NCBI GenBank assembly: GCA_002269645.1
Contig: NIVC01000014.1
Coordinates: forward strand, 62,001 to 126,000
DNA length: 64,000 bases
Origin: Macrostomum lignano
Taxonomy: Eukaryota
Reading direction: 5' to 3'
Shown here: positions 1-12,037 of the stretch, piece after piece
How the letters are laid out: the number at the start of each line of letters is the position of its first letter
How positions within the stretch are numbered: position 1 is the stretch's first letter
The notes under the pieces: model-generated
Database searches by the model: none
Seen by the model: the letters and a program-made list of their open reading frames with translations, nothing else
What the model was told of the DNA's origin: nothing
Program-made: the position numbers and the translations under genes

Positions 1-78
1 GTGTGAGGTGTGGGATCAATCAAACTGAGTGTGAGGTGTGGGATCAATCAAAGCGAGTGTGAGGTGTGGGATCAATCA
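1..78. repeat. About 28-bp intronic tandem repeat (gtgtgaggtgtgggatcaatcaaactga), about 3 copies, truncated by the window edge
   Basis: Direct repeats visible at 1-78. Confidence 0.75.
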
Positions 79-79
79 G

Positions 80-3000
80 AGTTATCCGCTCTGCACTCCA
101 GGAGGCAGCTTCAGCCAAAAGAGAAGCGGAGTTTGCCGCAGGCGGCGGTCACAACTCCGGTTCCGCAGGGTCCGCTGCTCTGGGCCGGACGGCAGTGAGC
201 AGCAGGAGCGGCACCACGCCCAGCACTCGGCCGCCGAAGCGAAACGGATGGCTCAAATTAGACGAGGTGTTGGAAAATCCTGCGACGAAATTTTGGCCGT
301 TGGATTGAGCAGCAAAGGTGTGCGAAATTGATGGGATTTCGGGATCAAAATGGGATTTTAGAGCACAAATCTGGATTTCGGGATCAAAATGGGATTCTGG
401 AGCACAAATCGGAATTTGGGGATCAAAATGGGATTTTAGAGCAAAAATCTGGATTTCGGGATCAAAATGGGATTCTGGAGCACAAATCGGAATTTGGGGA
501 TCAAAATGGGATTCTGGAGCACAAATCGAGATTTTGGGATCAAAATGGGATTCTGGAGCACAAATCGAGATTTTGGGATCAAAATGGGATTCTGGAGCAC
601 AAATCGAGATTTTGGGATCAAAATGGGATTGTGGAGCACAAATCTGGATTTCGGGATCAAAATGGGATTCTGGAGCACAAATCAGAATTTGGGGATCAAA
701 ATAGGATTCTGGAGCACAAATCGAGATTTTGGGATCAAAATGGGATTCTGGAGCACAAATCGAGATTTTGGGATCAAAATGGGATTCTGGAGCACAAATC
801 GCGATTTTGGGATCAAAATGGGATTGTGGAGCACAAATCGGGATTTCGGGATCAAAATGGGATTCTGGAGCACAAATTGAGTTGCAATTCTAGGATCTAG
901 GTAAGCTCCGGGATCAAAAGGGATTCTGATGTTTAGGATCAACTCAGGAATGATGTGGAATTCTAAAATCCGGATTACATGATCAAACTGGGACTTTAAC
1001 GACATCTTCACCCTTCCGTTCCCGGCAGCCCTCCGCAACATCGACGCCTACAAGACCACGGCGGACAACAACTGCCACAGCGATACCGAGGACAACAGCG
1101 AGGAGCAGTGCCACCCTCTCACCTGCCCAGATAATCAGGACACCACAGTCGAGTCCGTGCCAATGTCCAACCTGCTGCAGGTCCCGGGCTCGTTCTCCAT
1201 GCCGGCGACAACTGAAGGCATCCAAGACGATGCCGGAGTCACTGCGTCGGACCTGGTTGAAGAGGCCAACCCTGACGCGACCTTGGTGGTGCCGCAGTCA
1301 GCTCCGGGTTCCTCAGTGCCCTCGCTTAGTAGAAAGCGTCGCAGTCACGGGCACAGTCACGGCCACGGCCACGGTCACGCACATGGTCACGGCCAGATGC
1401 CGCAGTCACTGGTGTCGGTGGCCTGGATGGTGATTTTCGGCGACGGGCTGCACAATTTCACGGACGGCCTGGCCATCGGAGCGGCATTCGCTCAGAGCAT
1501 CACTGGCGGCATCTCCACCAGCATTGCCGTCTTCTGTCACGAGCTGCCGCACGAACTCGGTGAGCACTTCCCTCTCTTCCCCATCACTTCTCACTTCCCC
1601 ATCTCCCCTCACTTCCCTTTCACCTCTCACTTCCCTATCTCCCCTCACTTCCCCATCTCCCCTCACTTCCCCATCTCCCCTCACTTCCCCATCTCCCCTC
1701 ACTTCCCCATCTCCCCTCACTTCCCCATCTCCCCTCACTTCCCCATCTCCCCTCACTTCCCCATCTCCCCTCACTTCCCCATCTCCCCTCACTTCCCCAT
1801 CTCCCCTCACTTCTCCATCTCCCCTCACTTCCCCATCTCCCCTCACTTCCCTATCTCCCCTCACTTCCCCATCTCCTCGCCTCGAGCGAGTCTGTCAGCG
1901 TCCAGGTCTCGGCGTTGTATAACAGGACGGTCTCGATCACCGCCTGGAACAGCGCCGCCCTCTGGCGGTCCGGTAGGGCCTCGGACTGCAGGACTGACCT
2001 TATAGAACGAAAGGCAGCCCAAGCAAGTCCTCGGCGACGCCGCAGATCCTCGCGGACGTCGGGAACCAGACCGCCGAGGTAGACGAACTGCTGACATCTT
2101 GGAAGCTCACTCGCCTGTCCGTCAGCGCCTCGGCAGAAGATTGCAGCCTCGGTGTCGTCCGGCACGCATAGCACGACGGTCTTCTGCGTGTTGACCACCA
2201 GGCCGACGCTCGCCGCAACGGCAACCAGCCTATCCAGCTGTCGTTGGGCGCCCTCGACGGTCGAGGACAGCAGGGCGAGGTCATCGGCGTAGCCAAGCAC
2301 GCTGAGCCGTCTCTCCGGTTGGCGTCGACCCACGCGTCGCCGCAGCAGGAAGCCGTCGTCGTTGGAAGGCAGAGCAGTCCGTAGCACCCAGTCAAGCACC
2401 AGAATAAATAGGAACGGCGCTAGCGTATCTCCCTGGAGCACCCCGGAGGATGTCTCGAAGAAATCCGATAGGCCGTCCGGTGTTGAGACAGCAGCCGTCG
2501 TGCCGTGGTACAGCGCCATGACAGCAGAAATCAGCAGCTCTGGCACGTTGTACGCACGGAGCACCTCTGGGAGCGCGTCCCTCACGACCGAGTCGAAAGC
2601 CTTCCTGAAATCGACGAAGATCAGGATCAGGGTCAACTGGCGGATGCGCGCCTCCTCGATGACTCGTCGAAGAGCCAGGATCTGCGTCACTGTGCCGCGA
2701 TGGGGCCGGAATCCGTTCTGCTCAGGTCGCAGGTACGGGTCCAGCACAGGCTGTAACCGCGATAGCAGCATGCGGTTGAACAGCTTCGCGGCGCAGGACT
2801 GTAGGCAGATGCCTCGATGCTCCTCGAGCTTGGTGGTGCCCGGCTTCTTTGGAATGGCGACGATGTGCGCCGTGGTCCATTCGTTTGGCGCCACCTCACC
2901 GAAAAGCACGCGGTTCATCACTCTGGCGACCTCAGTGGCCACGCAGTGGATCCGCAGCGCCTCGGTGGGCACCTCGTCCGGACCAAGCGCTTTGCCGCCC

Positions 3001-6000
3001 GGCGACTGCCGAGCGAACTTCACAACGTCGGCTGTGCTGACTGGGGCAACATTGAAGCTCTCCTCCGCCGGCAACGGCGTCTCCGGCGGCAGCCTCAGAT
3101 TTTCTGGAAGCGGAGGGGGCGGCGCGTTGACAATGGCGGCGAAGAACTCGCGCAGCTCGTTCCTGCGCTCGTCCGGAGTGTCGCCTGCCAGGTTGAGCGC
3201 GATGCGCCGCTTTCGCCCCGTCAGAGTGTTGATGGCGGACCAGGCCACGCGCCCTCTGGCATCGGGCCCTGCGGCAGAGACGGCTTGGATGGCGTCATCG
3301 ACAGCGGACTGCTGCCGCTGCAGGTAGACAGCCGCCAGAGCCTCCTCCGCCTCGCGAGTTGGCCGCCCACTCAGACGGAGCCTCTCCAGATCTTCCCTCG
3401 CTTCGTCGATCGCGGGGTCGTCCTGCCAGACCGGCTGCCCGCGCTGGGCCGGTCGCATCAGCGGGACTGTTTGCTCCGCAGCGGCTCGAACTGCAGCGCT
3501 CACCTCCGCGTACTCGGCTCCTCCACGCTTGTCGCCCAGCGCAGTGACAAAGGCACCGGCAAAGCGACGTCGCGTCTCGGCGTCCCTGAGCGCGCGGTAG
3601 TAGCGCCGCGGTGGCCGCTTTGGCGGACGGTAGAGCGGGTCCCGAAGCCGAAGGTCGCAGATGAGCAGCCGATGGTCGGACCGCAGAGCCAGCGGCGTAA
3701 TGGTGTGGCAGTTGGTGACGCGGCGGCGCTCACGAAAGCGCACAAGCACGTGGTCGAGCTGTGCCAGCCTCCGCGTAGCGTTCCGGCCACGCGCGTTCCG
3801 CCGCCTCCGCTTGCAGCCCACGAAGGTCGCGAGCCTGCCCGGCGACTTGCGGAATCTGGTGTTGGCCGACACCATGTCCTGTCTCTCCAGGAAGTCCTCT
3901 AGCGCTCCGGTGTTGCCGTTCTCGCGCGCTGTCACAAACAGCGATCGCTCGGACCTACGCAGAACTGCGTTCAGGTCTCCGAGAATGACCACTGTGTCAC
4001 GTTGCGCCATCTCCTCCACCCGCACCGAGAGTTGCTCGAAGAAGGCCTGAGCCTCATCGGAGCGGGTAGCAGGCGGCGCATACGCGCAGAACAGGCGGGT
4101 GTTCCGGCCGCGAAGCCGGACGTCGACCCGAAGCAGCCGAGAAGACAGGGAGATGCAGCGACAGCTCTGCTGCAGCCTCGGTCCGATCAGCGCTCCAACT
4201 CCTCCACGGCCTCGCTCATCCGCTGAGGTGTACCAGAGTGTCCAACCGGCGCCCAGGTCCTCACAGTGAAGTCCGGGGTCGGCTCTGATAGACACCTCCT
4301 GTAGTGCGATGACATCACAGCTGAGGTCGAGCGCTAGCCTCGCCAGCAGCCCTCTCCGCCATGTGGCCTTGAGAGTGCGGCAGTTCAGCGTCCCGACCCG
4401 AAGCGTGCCCTCTGGTACGGCTGGGGCTCGATGCTGGTGAGCCTCATGGTCCCCGGCGCCACCCGGAAGATCCAATTGGGCCAGCGCAGCAGCAGCTCGG
4501 CGGGCGGCGCCACGTTGCCGACCTCGCCAGTTTCGCTCGCGACGGCGTTCAACTCGCCGACGCGCGCTCCGCTGCCCTCGCTTGGTCCTGCCGCATTTGG
4601 CCGCCGCAGCAGTTAAGCGCGGCTCTCCACTCTCACCACGAGGAGGTAGCGGCATTTATCTGCACCGTGGTGCAAATAAATTAAGACTCAAGGCTCAAGT
4701 CGACGCGGCGCACGCTGGCCTGCTGCGCGCCGCCTTCAAGATCGGCAACGAGCGAGTCACCAACACGGCGCTCTATCATCGCGCCGGCCTGGCCCGTCCT
4801 AGCGATCTGCTGCGCCGTCGGCGACTCCAGCTGGCAGGCCACGTCATCCGCGCCGAGGCCTACTGCCCGGAGCCGGTGCAGGAGGTGCTGCTACTTACGT
4901 TGCAGGCACCCTACCGGCGGGGACAGGCGAGGACTCGGCGCTACGTCGACTGTCTGCTGGCTGACGCCGGCGCCCCGGACTCTGCCGGCGGTGCGGCCTT
5001 TGTTCGCGCCCAAGCTTTGAAGCGCGCCATCTGACGCTGCTTTTGTGATCTGGCAGCGTACTCTGTTGTTGTTGTTGTTGTTCCCCATCTCCCCTCACTT
5101 CCCTATCTCCCCTCACTTCCCCATCTCCCCTCACTTCCCTATCTCCCCTCACTTCCCTATCTCCCCTCACTTCCCTATCTCCCCTCACTTCCCCATCTCC
5201 CCTCACTTCCCCATCTCCCCTCACTTCCCTATCTCCCCTCACTTCCCCATCTCCCCTCACTTCCCTATCTCCCCTCACTTCCCCATCTCCCCTCACTTCC
5301 CCATCTTCCCTCACTTCCCCATCTCCATCTCTTCCCCATCTCCTCTCTCTTCCCCATCTCCCTCACTTCCCCATTTCCCAGCTCACTTCCCCATCTCCCC
5401 TCACTTCCCCATTTTCCAGCTCACTTCTCCATCTCCCTTCTCTTCCCCATCTCTCTTCTCTTCCCCATCTTCCCTCACTTCCCCATCTCCTCTCTCTTCC
5501 CCATCTCCCTCTCTTCCCCATCTCCTCTCTCTTCCCCATCTCCCTCACTTCCCCATTTCCCAGCTCACTTCCCCATCTCCCCCTCACTTCCCCATTTCAC
5601 AGCTCACTTCTCTATCTCCCTTCTCTTCCCAATCTCTCTTCTCTTCCCCATCTCCCTCTCTTCCCCATCACCCCTCTCTTCCCCATCATCCCCATCACCT
5701 CACTTCCACATCCCCCCTCACTTCCCCATCACCCCTGACTTCACCATCTCCTGCTTCTGACACAGCACCAGCCTTCAATTGCATATCCACTGCACCCTGC
5801 GCACCCACCTCAAGGCGACTTCGCTGTACTGCTCAAAACTGGGATGCGCGTCAAGCAAGCTCTGTTTTACAACGTGCTGTCATCAATATTAGCCGCAGTT
5901 GGCATGGTGATTGGCATCTTTCTGGGCAATGTGACCAGCGCCAGTTACTGGATATTTGCCATCACGGGCGGGATTTTCATCTACATCTCGTTGGTGGATA

Positions 6001-6384
6001 TGGTGAGTTGAAAATTAAAGAATTGAGTACAGGAAAAATCTGCTAAAATGCCTAAACTACTACTTGTTACAGTCTTAAATTTGATTTTTTTGCATATTCG
6101 AGTTAAAAGACAAAAAAGGCTCTTATACTACTTACTTCGTGATAAAATTTATTTCAAAACATATCGGCTAAAACTTTTTGTTTCTATTTGATCCGCAGCT
6201 GCCCGAACTGAATCTGGTGAACGTGAAACACGGCGAATCGAGAATCGCACATTTCGTCCTACAGAATGCTGGCATTTTGACCGGAGTTGGCATAATGTTT
6301 GTCATAGCCATGTTTGAAGACAACATCAAGAACATGCTGGGCGACAGCGGGCACGCCAAAATCGAATTCGTGGGTCCTTGCTAA
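80..6384 (+). CDS. LIV-1 (LZT) subfamily ZIP/SLC39A zinc transporter, 3' part; the 5' end lies outside the window
   Basis: Exons 80-317 (tentative), 1029-1559, 5815-6002 and 6199-6384 have GT-AG ends and compatible phases. They encode a His-rich loop [31 protein letters not shown] and CHELPHELG|DFAVLL (LZT HEXPHE motif split by the intron), then YISLVDM|LPEL. Confidence 0.9.
333..890. repeat. 39-bp intronic minisatellite (gggatcaaaatgggattctggagcacaaatcgagatttt), about 14 copies
   Basis: Visible repeats; ORFs in the track show a 13-aa period. Confidence 0.95.
1878..4655 (-). CDS. Retrotransposon ORF, N-terminal about 926 aa: apurinic-type endonuclease plus reverse transcriptase
   Basis: APE motifs [32 protein letters not shown]; RT motifs [34 protein letters not shown]. 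No internal stops. Confidence 0.92.
1879..5082. mobile_element. RTE-like non-LTR retrotransposon (APE+RT, single ORF) with its 5' part inverted; (GTT)n tail
   Basis: The minus-strand ORF (APE+RT) ends ...[11 protein letters not shown] at 1878. Its continuation (A)[13 protein letters not shown]...[12 protein letters not shown]...* lies on the plus strand at 4693-5034, followed by a short 3' UTR and a gttgttgtt tail ending about 5082. Confidence 0.9.
4693..5034 (+). CDS. C-terminal about 113 codons of the same retrotransposon ORF (non-inverted 3' segment)
   Basis: [15 protein letters not shown]...NTALYHRAG...[15 protein letters not shown] resembles the post-RT region of RTE-type ORFs and joins in frame to the minus-strand ORF at SLEA. 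Confidence 0.85.
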   Translation, partial: AQVDAAHAGLLRAAFKIGNERVTNTALYHRAGLARPSDLLRRRRLQLAGHVIRAEAYCPEPVQEVLLLTLQAPYRRGQARTRRYVDCLLADAGAPDSAGGAAFVRAQALKRAI

Positions 6385-7695
6385 TCTGTCAGGGGGTGAA
6401 AATCGTTTCAAAAATTGTTTTCTTTTAATTTGTTTTAAAAATGCACTGATAGTTGAAAATTTTAGATGTACAAAAACCATGGGCATTAAATGATTTTTTC
6501 GATACATATCGGCTGAAGTGAAGACAGCAGCTTGCCCTGTAATAAATCATAGTAGCGAGTTTTATTAAAGCAGTTTTGGAGCTTTCTGTCAATAAACATT
6601 GATAAACAAATTGTTGTATTTTATTAAGAATTTACCAAATTATTAAAGGTCTTTGTCCTCCTTGCCTTTGCTTGTCTTTAACATTGATGCAAATTTGCTT
6701 CACTCTCTACTGATAGTATGACTGAAGTTCGCTCGCTTCATAGTTTATTCTGTTCTCTGTCGCGTAAAGCTAAAAGCTGAAACTAATGCCTGTTGTATAT
6801 ACTTTTAGAGAAATTGCATCAAAAGTACATATGTACTTTGCATTGCACTTTAAAGTACACGCGTACCAAAGCTACATTGATTCTATTTTCAGGTTCTGAT
6901 TATATTCTATATTGAGCTGTTTAATGGAACAGCGGTACTTAAATGTACTCTCTTGTTGTTTGCAGGCACTCATCCTAGTACATTATGTACCGAAATTTCA
7001 AAGTGTCCATTGCTGTTGTTGACCAGTTAAGCTTGCTCGAGAAAACTGTCATTTTATTTGCCCATTTTACTGTATGTGTCAGGAAATTTTGTGTTTAGCG
7101 ACAAGCTAAAACTGATGTTACAATAAATTTTTAATCAATTTGAATTCATCGCTTTGTCTTTGTTATTCAGACACATTAGTTGGCACCCGAGTTAGCATTC
7201 ATGCGATTTATACTCTTCTTTAATCCTTACTGACAGTTAAACGAACAAAAGCATAGACCATGGCGGTCATTGAACAGGAAATAACAGGATAGAGATTCTC
7301 TCTCTTTATTATTAAATTGAAATTGTTTCAATAGTACTTGATAATTTGCGCCCAAGTGTGTCAGAAAGATTCATTAAGTTTTGCAGATTTCGCCCTAGCT
7401 ATTTCAACCTGTCATCCCAGCCAGCCATCAATGTATAGGCCTGTGAACATGATGCAAAAAATTCACAGGTCTGAATGTAAAATTATGAAATTTGATGTAA
7501 GCACAGCTCGCATTGATACATTTACTATATATATAGGAGCTACTATAAAGCAGGTCTTCAAAAGAGAAATATTAGGGAAGAAAGGCAGAATATTGCGCTA
7601 AAATTGATCTAAGTACACGTACGCTCGTAGCGATGGGAAAAACCACAGATACTATAAATATCTGTGTTTATAGTATCTGTGGGCAGAACATCCGA

Positions 7696-8470
7696 CGGGC
7701 AGGACACCCGACAGGCAAAGCATCCAGCGGGCAGGACACCCGACAGGCAAAGCATCCAGCGGGCAGGACACCCGACAGGCAAAGCATCCAGCGGGCAGGA
7801 CACCCGACAGGCAAAGCATCCAGCGGGCAGGACACCCGACAGGCAAAGCATCCAGCGGGCAGGACACCCGACAGGCAAAGCATCCAGCGGGCAGGACACC
7901 CGACAGGCAAAGCATCCAGCGGGCAGGACACCCGACAGGCAAAGCATCCAGCGGGCAGGACACCCGACAGGCAAAGCATCCAGCGGGCAGGACACCCGAC
8001 AGGCAAAGCATCCAGCGGGCAGGACACCCGACAGGCAAAGCATCCAGCGGGCAGGACACCCGACAGGCAAAGCATCCAGCGGGCAGGACACCCGACAGGC
8101 AAAGCATCCAGCGGGCAGGACACCCGACAGGCAAAGCATCCAGCGGGCAGGACACCCGACAGGCAAAGCATCCAGCGGGCAGGACACCCGACAGGCAAAG
8201 CATCCAGCGGGCAGGACACCCGACAGGCAAAGCATCCAGCGGGCAGGACACCCGACAGGCAAAGCATCCAGCGGGCAGGACACCCGACAGGCAAAGCATC
8301 CAGCGGGCAGGACACCCGACAGGCAAAGCATCCAGCGGGCAGGACACCCGACAGGCAAAGCATCCAGCGGGCAGGACACCCGACAGGCAAAGCATCCAGC
8401 GGGCAGGACACCCGACAGGCAAAGCTTCCAGCGGGCAGGACACCCGACAGGCAAAGCATCCAGCGGGCAA
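7696..8470. repeat. 32-bp minisatellite (gggcaggacacccgacaggcaaagcatccagc), about 24 near-perfect copies
   Basis: Visible repeats; the 32-aa ORF period equals 3x32 bp. Confidence 0.95.
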
Positions 8471-8671
8471 AACACACAGCGGACAACATTCTCGGCTCCG
8501 TTTTTTTTACTATTTTTCCGTTAAAATAAAATTAGAATTTAGCTTTCTAATTTTATAGTCCTTTTATAACATATACGCCAAAGATGAAATGAGTAAGGAA
8601 ATTTGTTTTAGGTCCATAATTTAAGAATATATAAAGTCCACGCTATACGCTCGTGTAAACCAATAGGCAGA

Positions 8672-11375
8672 ATGGTGATCGTAAAATTCGACGAAAACAC
8701 CGGAACTAATGAAGTTAAACAAATTCAAGACACGACATCCGATCAGCCGGAACATATCGAATCAACTGCAACGCCAGCTGTGGAGGCTCGAAGGCCTTCA
8801 TGCGGCAGTAGTCAGCTAGACATTGCGGCAGCGAACTTGGATGAGATCAAAGAGAAGCCGACAGATGTGGCCTGCGGTTGGCACCAGCAGTGCCAGCCTG
8901 AGTGCTGCCAGTGCTTCGCCCGACCGTCCTGCCTGCTGCTGTGGCTCTGCCTGTGCAGCTTCACCCAGGGCATGGTGATTTCCGGCTTTGTCAAGTCCGT
9001 GGTAACGCCAATCGAGCTGAGGTACGAGCTGACCTCGAAGGAGAGCGGCTTCATTGTCTCCATGTACGACATCGGATGCCTCGTGTGCGTGGTGCCAGTC
9101 AGCTACTTCGGCCACGGGCACCGGCGCAGCCGCCTCATCTCCATCGGCCTGCTAGTGATGGGCTTAGGTTCGTTCGTATTTTTCCTACCCCACCTGATCA
9201 CGGACAAGTACATCTACCAGAGCCCGGTTCCGTCAGTGTGCTACCCGGAGCCCAACAAGATTTACCCGAAGTTTTGCAACAGTCAAAATTTGAACAGTTA
9301 CAAGTACGTGCTCTGGACAGGCCAGTTCCTGCATGGCGTCGGCGCCTCGCCGCTGTACACTCTTGGCGTCGCCTATCTGGACGACAATCTCAGCATGGAA
9401 GATTCTGGCACCTTCTTGGGGATTTACTACGCTATGAGCATCATCGGACCCGCCGTTGGTTTCCTGCTAAATGCCAGGCTTCTCAACGTGTACGTGGAGC
9501 CAAGCGCGACGCCGTCGGATATCAGCCCCAACAACAGCAGCCTGTGGGTTGGCGCCTGGTGGATCGGCTTCTTGTTGTCCGCCCTGGCCTCAGTCGCAAT
9601 CGCCGGGCCGATGTTCGGCTTCCCGAAGAGCTTTCAGGGATCCGCCAGAATTCGGCTGAAGAGGAAACGAGTTCCGGAGGCGCACAGACTCGACGATCTG
9701 GTGAAGGACGCGCCTTCGGCAATCAACGGCAGCTCGATGGGCTTCTTCCAGTCGCTGATGGTGCTATTGAAGAACCCAACAATGCTGTTCCTATCGTTTG
9801 CTGGGGCAGTTCAGCTGCTCCTTCTGGCCAGCCTGTCCACCTTCGGGCCGAAGATTCTGCGCACACTGTTTGAGTTCTCAACTAGCAGGGCCACCCTGGT
9901 GATGGGGCTGGTCACAGTTTTTGCCGGCGTCATAGGCATGCTGGCTGGCGGCCTGCTGATCCGCTTCTCCAACCTGCCGCTGGGCCGCCTGCTCTGGTTC
10001 TGCGTGGCCTCCGCCGCCATCAGCTCGCTGTTCGCGCTGGGCCTCCTGCTCAAATGTCGGGGCCAGAGATTTGCGGGCATCAATCAGCATTATCCGATGT
10101 CGGCCGACCAGCAGCGTCTCTACAAACTGACAGTCGATTGCAATAAGAACTGCAGCTGTCAGGAGAACAAGTTCATGTACAACCCGGTGTGCGGAGCTGA
10201 CAAAATCGTCTATTATTCGCCCTGCTTCGCAGGTTCGCAGGGGCGGCGTAGCTTAGGGGTCACTGCGTCCGATTCTCGTGTCAAAGTGTGATGAGTGGCT
10301 TAGCGGTCACTGCGTCCGATTCTCGTGTCAAAGTGTGATGAGTGGCTTAGCGGTCACTGCGTCCGATTCTCGTGTCAAAGTGTGATGAGTGGCTTAGCGG
10401 TCACTGCGTCCGATTCTCGTGTCAAAGTGTGATGAGTGGCTTAGCGGTCACTGCGTCCGATTCTCGTGTCAAAGTGTGATGAGTGGCTTAGCGGTCACTG
10501 CGTCCGATTCTCGTGTCAAAGTGTGATGAGTGGCTTAGCGGTCACTGCGTCCGATTCTCGTGTCAAAGTGTGATGAGTGGCTTAGCGGTCACTGCGTCCG
10601 ATTCTCGTGTCAAAGTGTTTTTGGGGCTTGCGCTCGATGACAGGCCTTTGGGGTGGTCGTGCAATTCGCTCACATGAGGGCCAACCTCAAAGGCACAGAG
10701 TGTGCAATACATGTACATGCCTAAAAATCAAGACCTATGCACACACACTGCGCGAGTCTGTTCCTGCGCACTTATCCATCCGTGCGTGTGCTCAGGTATC
10801 GAAGGGAATCGTTTGACTGTTGCCCAAGGCTGCCTAAGAAAACTCTCTCAAACTTCCTGTCATTTTCAGGCTGTCAAGACAACGGCACTGTAATTGACGG
10901 AGTCCACTACTTCTCCAACTGCAGCTGCATCACGGCTCGAACGTCTGACGGATTCGCTGCAAGGCAGGACTCGGCAGGCTTCTGTTTGGAAGGAAAATGC
11001 GCCAAAACTTCCGTAATTATCGTCATGCTATTCCTGCTAACTACTTGCATATTTTCGCTATCAGTGCCGACTCTGCAGTGCACTATGCGAGTGGTGCCCG
11101 CCGAGCTGAAGGATCTTGGCCTCGGTCTGCAGTGGGTCATTGTCAGACTGTTTGGCAGCATCCCGGGGCCTCCGCTGCTGGGCCAGCTGTTCGACTCCAC
11201 CTGCAGTTTGTGGATCAGCGGGTGCGACAAGACTGGCTCGTGCAGTTTTTATAGTAGCCAGAAATTCTGGCTAACCGTGCTCCTGTTTACCTTAGTGCTC
11301 AAACTCATTGAAGTTGCGTTCCTGGCCCTGGCAGCCGTCACTTATGTTCCACCATACAGAGCGGCGCGCAAATAA
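8672..11375 (+). CDS. Organic anion transporting polypeptide (OATP/SLCO family), about 688 aa, 2 exons
   Basis: Exons 8672-10232 and 10870-11375 join as PCFAG|CQD. OATP hallmarks: SYFG, D.RWVGAWW-like SSLWVGAWWIGFL, Kazal-like CNKNCSC...PVCGADKIVYYSPCFAGC, FGSIPGPPLLG, CSLW...C...GSCSFY. Confidence 0.92.
10251..10617. repeat. 47-bp intronic minisatellite, about 8 copies
   Basis: ttagcggtcactgcgtccgattctcgtgtcaaagtgtgatgagtggc repeated. Confidence 0.95.
10619..10810 (+). mobile_element. Diverged partial copy of the tRNA-headed SINE family
   Basis: Shares gtgcaatt..ggccaacc..aaggc..ag..tgtacatgcctaa..tgctcagg with the reverse complement of 21598-21935 and 25208-25546. Confidence 0.5.
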
Positions 11376-11444
11376 AAGCGATTCTTTCTGGCTAAAAGTG
11401 CAGAGCTCAATTTAATGTGTGCGTTACTGCCATCTATGAGACTG

Positions 11445-11683
<239 letters not shown>

Positions 11684-12037
11684 CAAATGGACACCAACCT
11701 GTCATAAGAAAAATCTATTTTCATTAGTCATTGACTCCGGAATTATAAGAAAACAATTGCACGCAATTGCAGTAGTTCAGATTATATTTAGTTTTAAACA
11801 CTCAATACACGACAGCAATGAGATTTGATTAGCATATATCTTCAGTTTCGTCTGAGCGTATTCAATAAATACCGGCCATACCGGACATCCGAGTAGTGTT
11901 TTTACTGAGCCTCAGCTCTGTAAAGGTTTTAAGCCGTGAAGAAAGTAACGACAAATAATATGTAAATAAAAGTTCTACACATCAGGACAATTGGATATCA
12001 AGTCAACAAAATAGCTAGGCAGCTCACTAATCAAATA

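Larger units (their letters stand above)
1562..5757. repeat. 18-bp pyrimidine-rich minisatellite (ccccatctcccctcactt), split by the retrotransposon into 1562-1876 and 5083-5757 (degenerate towards the end)
   Basis: The same unit (FPISPH period) lies on both sides of the element. Confidence 0.9.

Noticed and set aside
2000-4616. Overlapping plus-strand and alternative-frame ORFs across the retrotransposon
   Set aside because: They are shadow ORFs of a GC-rich coding sequence with no recognisable motifs.
6780-7020. Palindrome aaagtacatatgtacttt and clustered GTAC motifs
   Set aside because: No TIR/TSD pair could be defined; may be chance in AT-rich 3' sequence.
7609-8529. Long ORFs in several frames over the 32-bp array
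   Set aside because: They are purely periodic translations of a stop-free tandem repeat.
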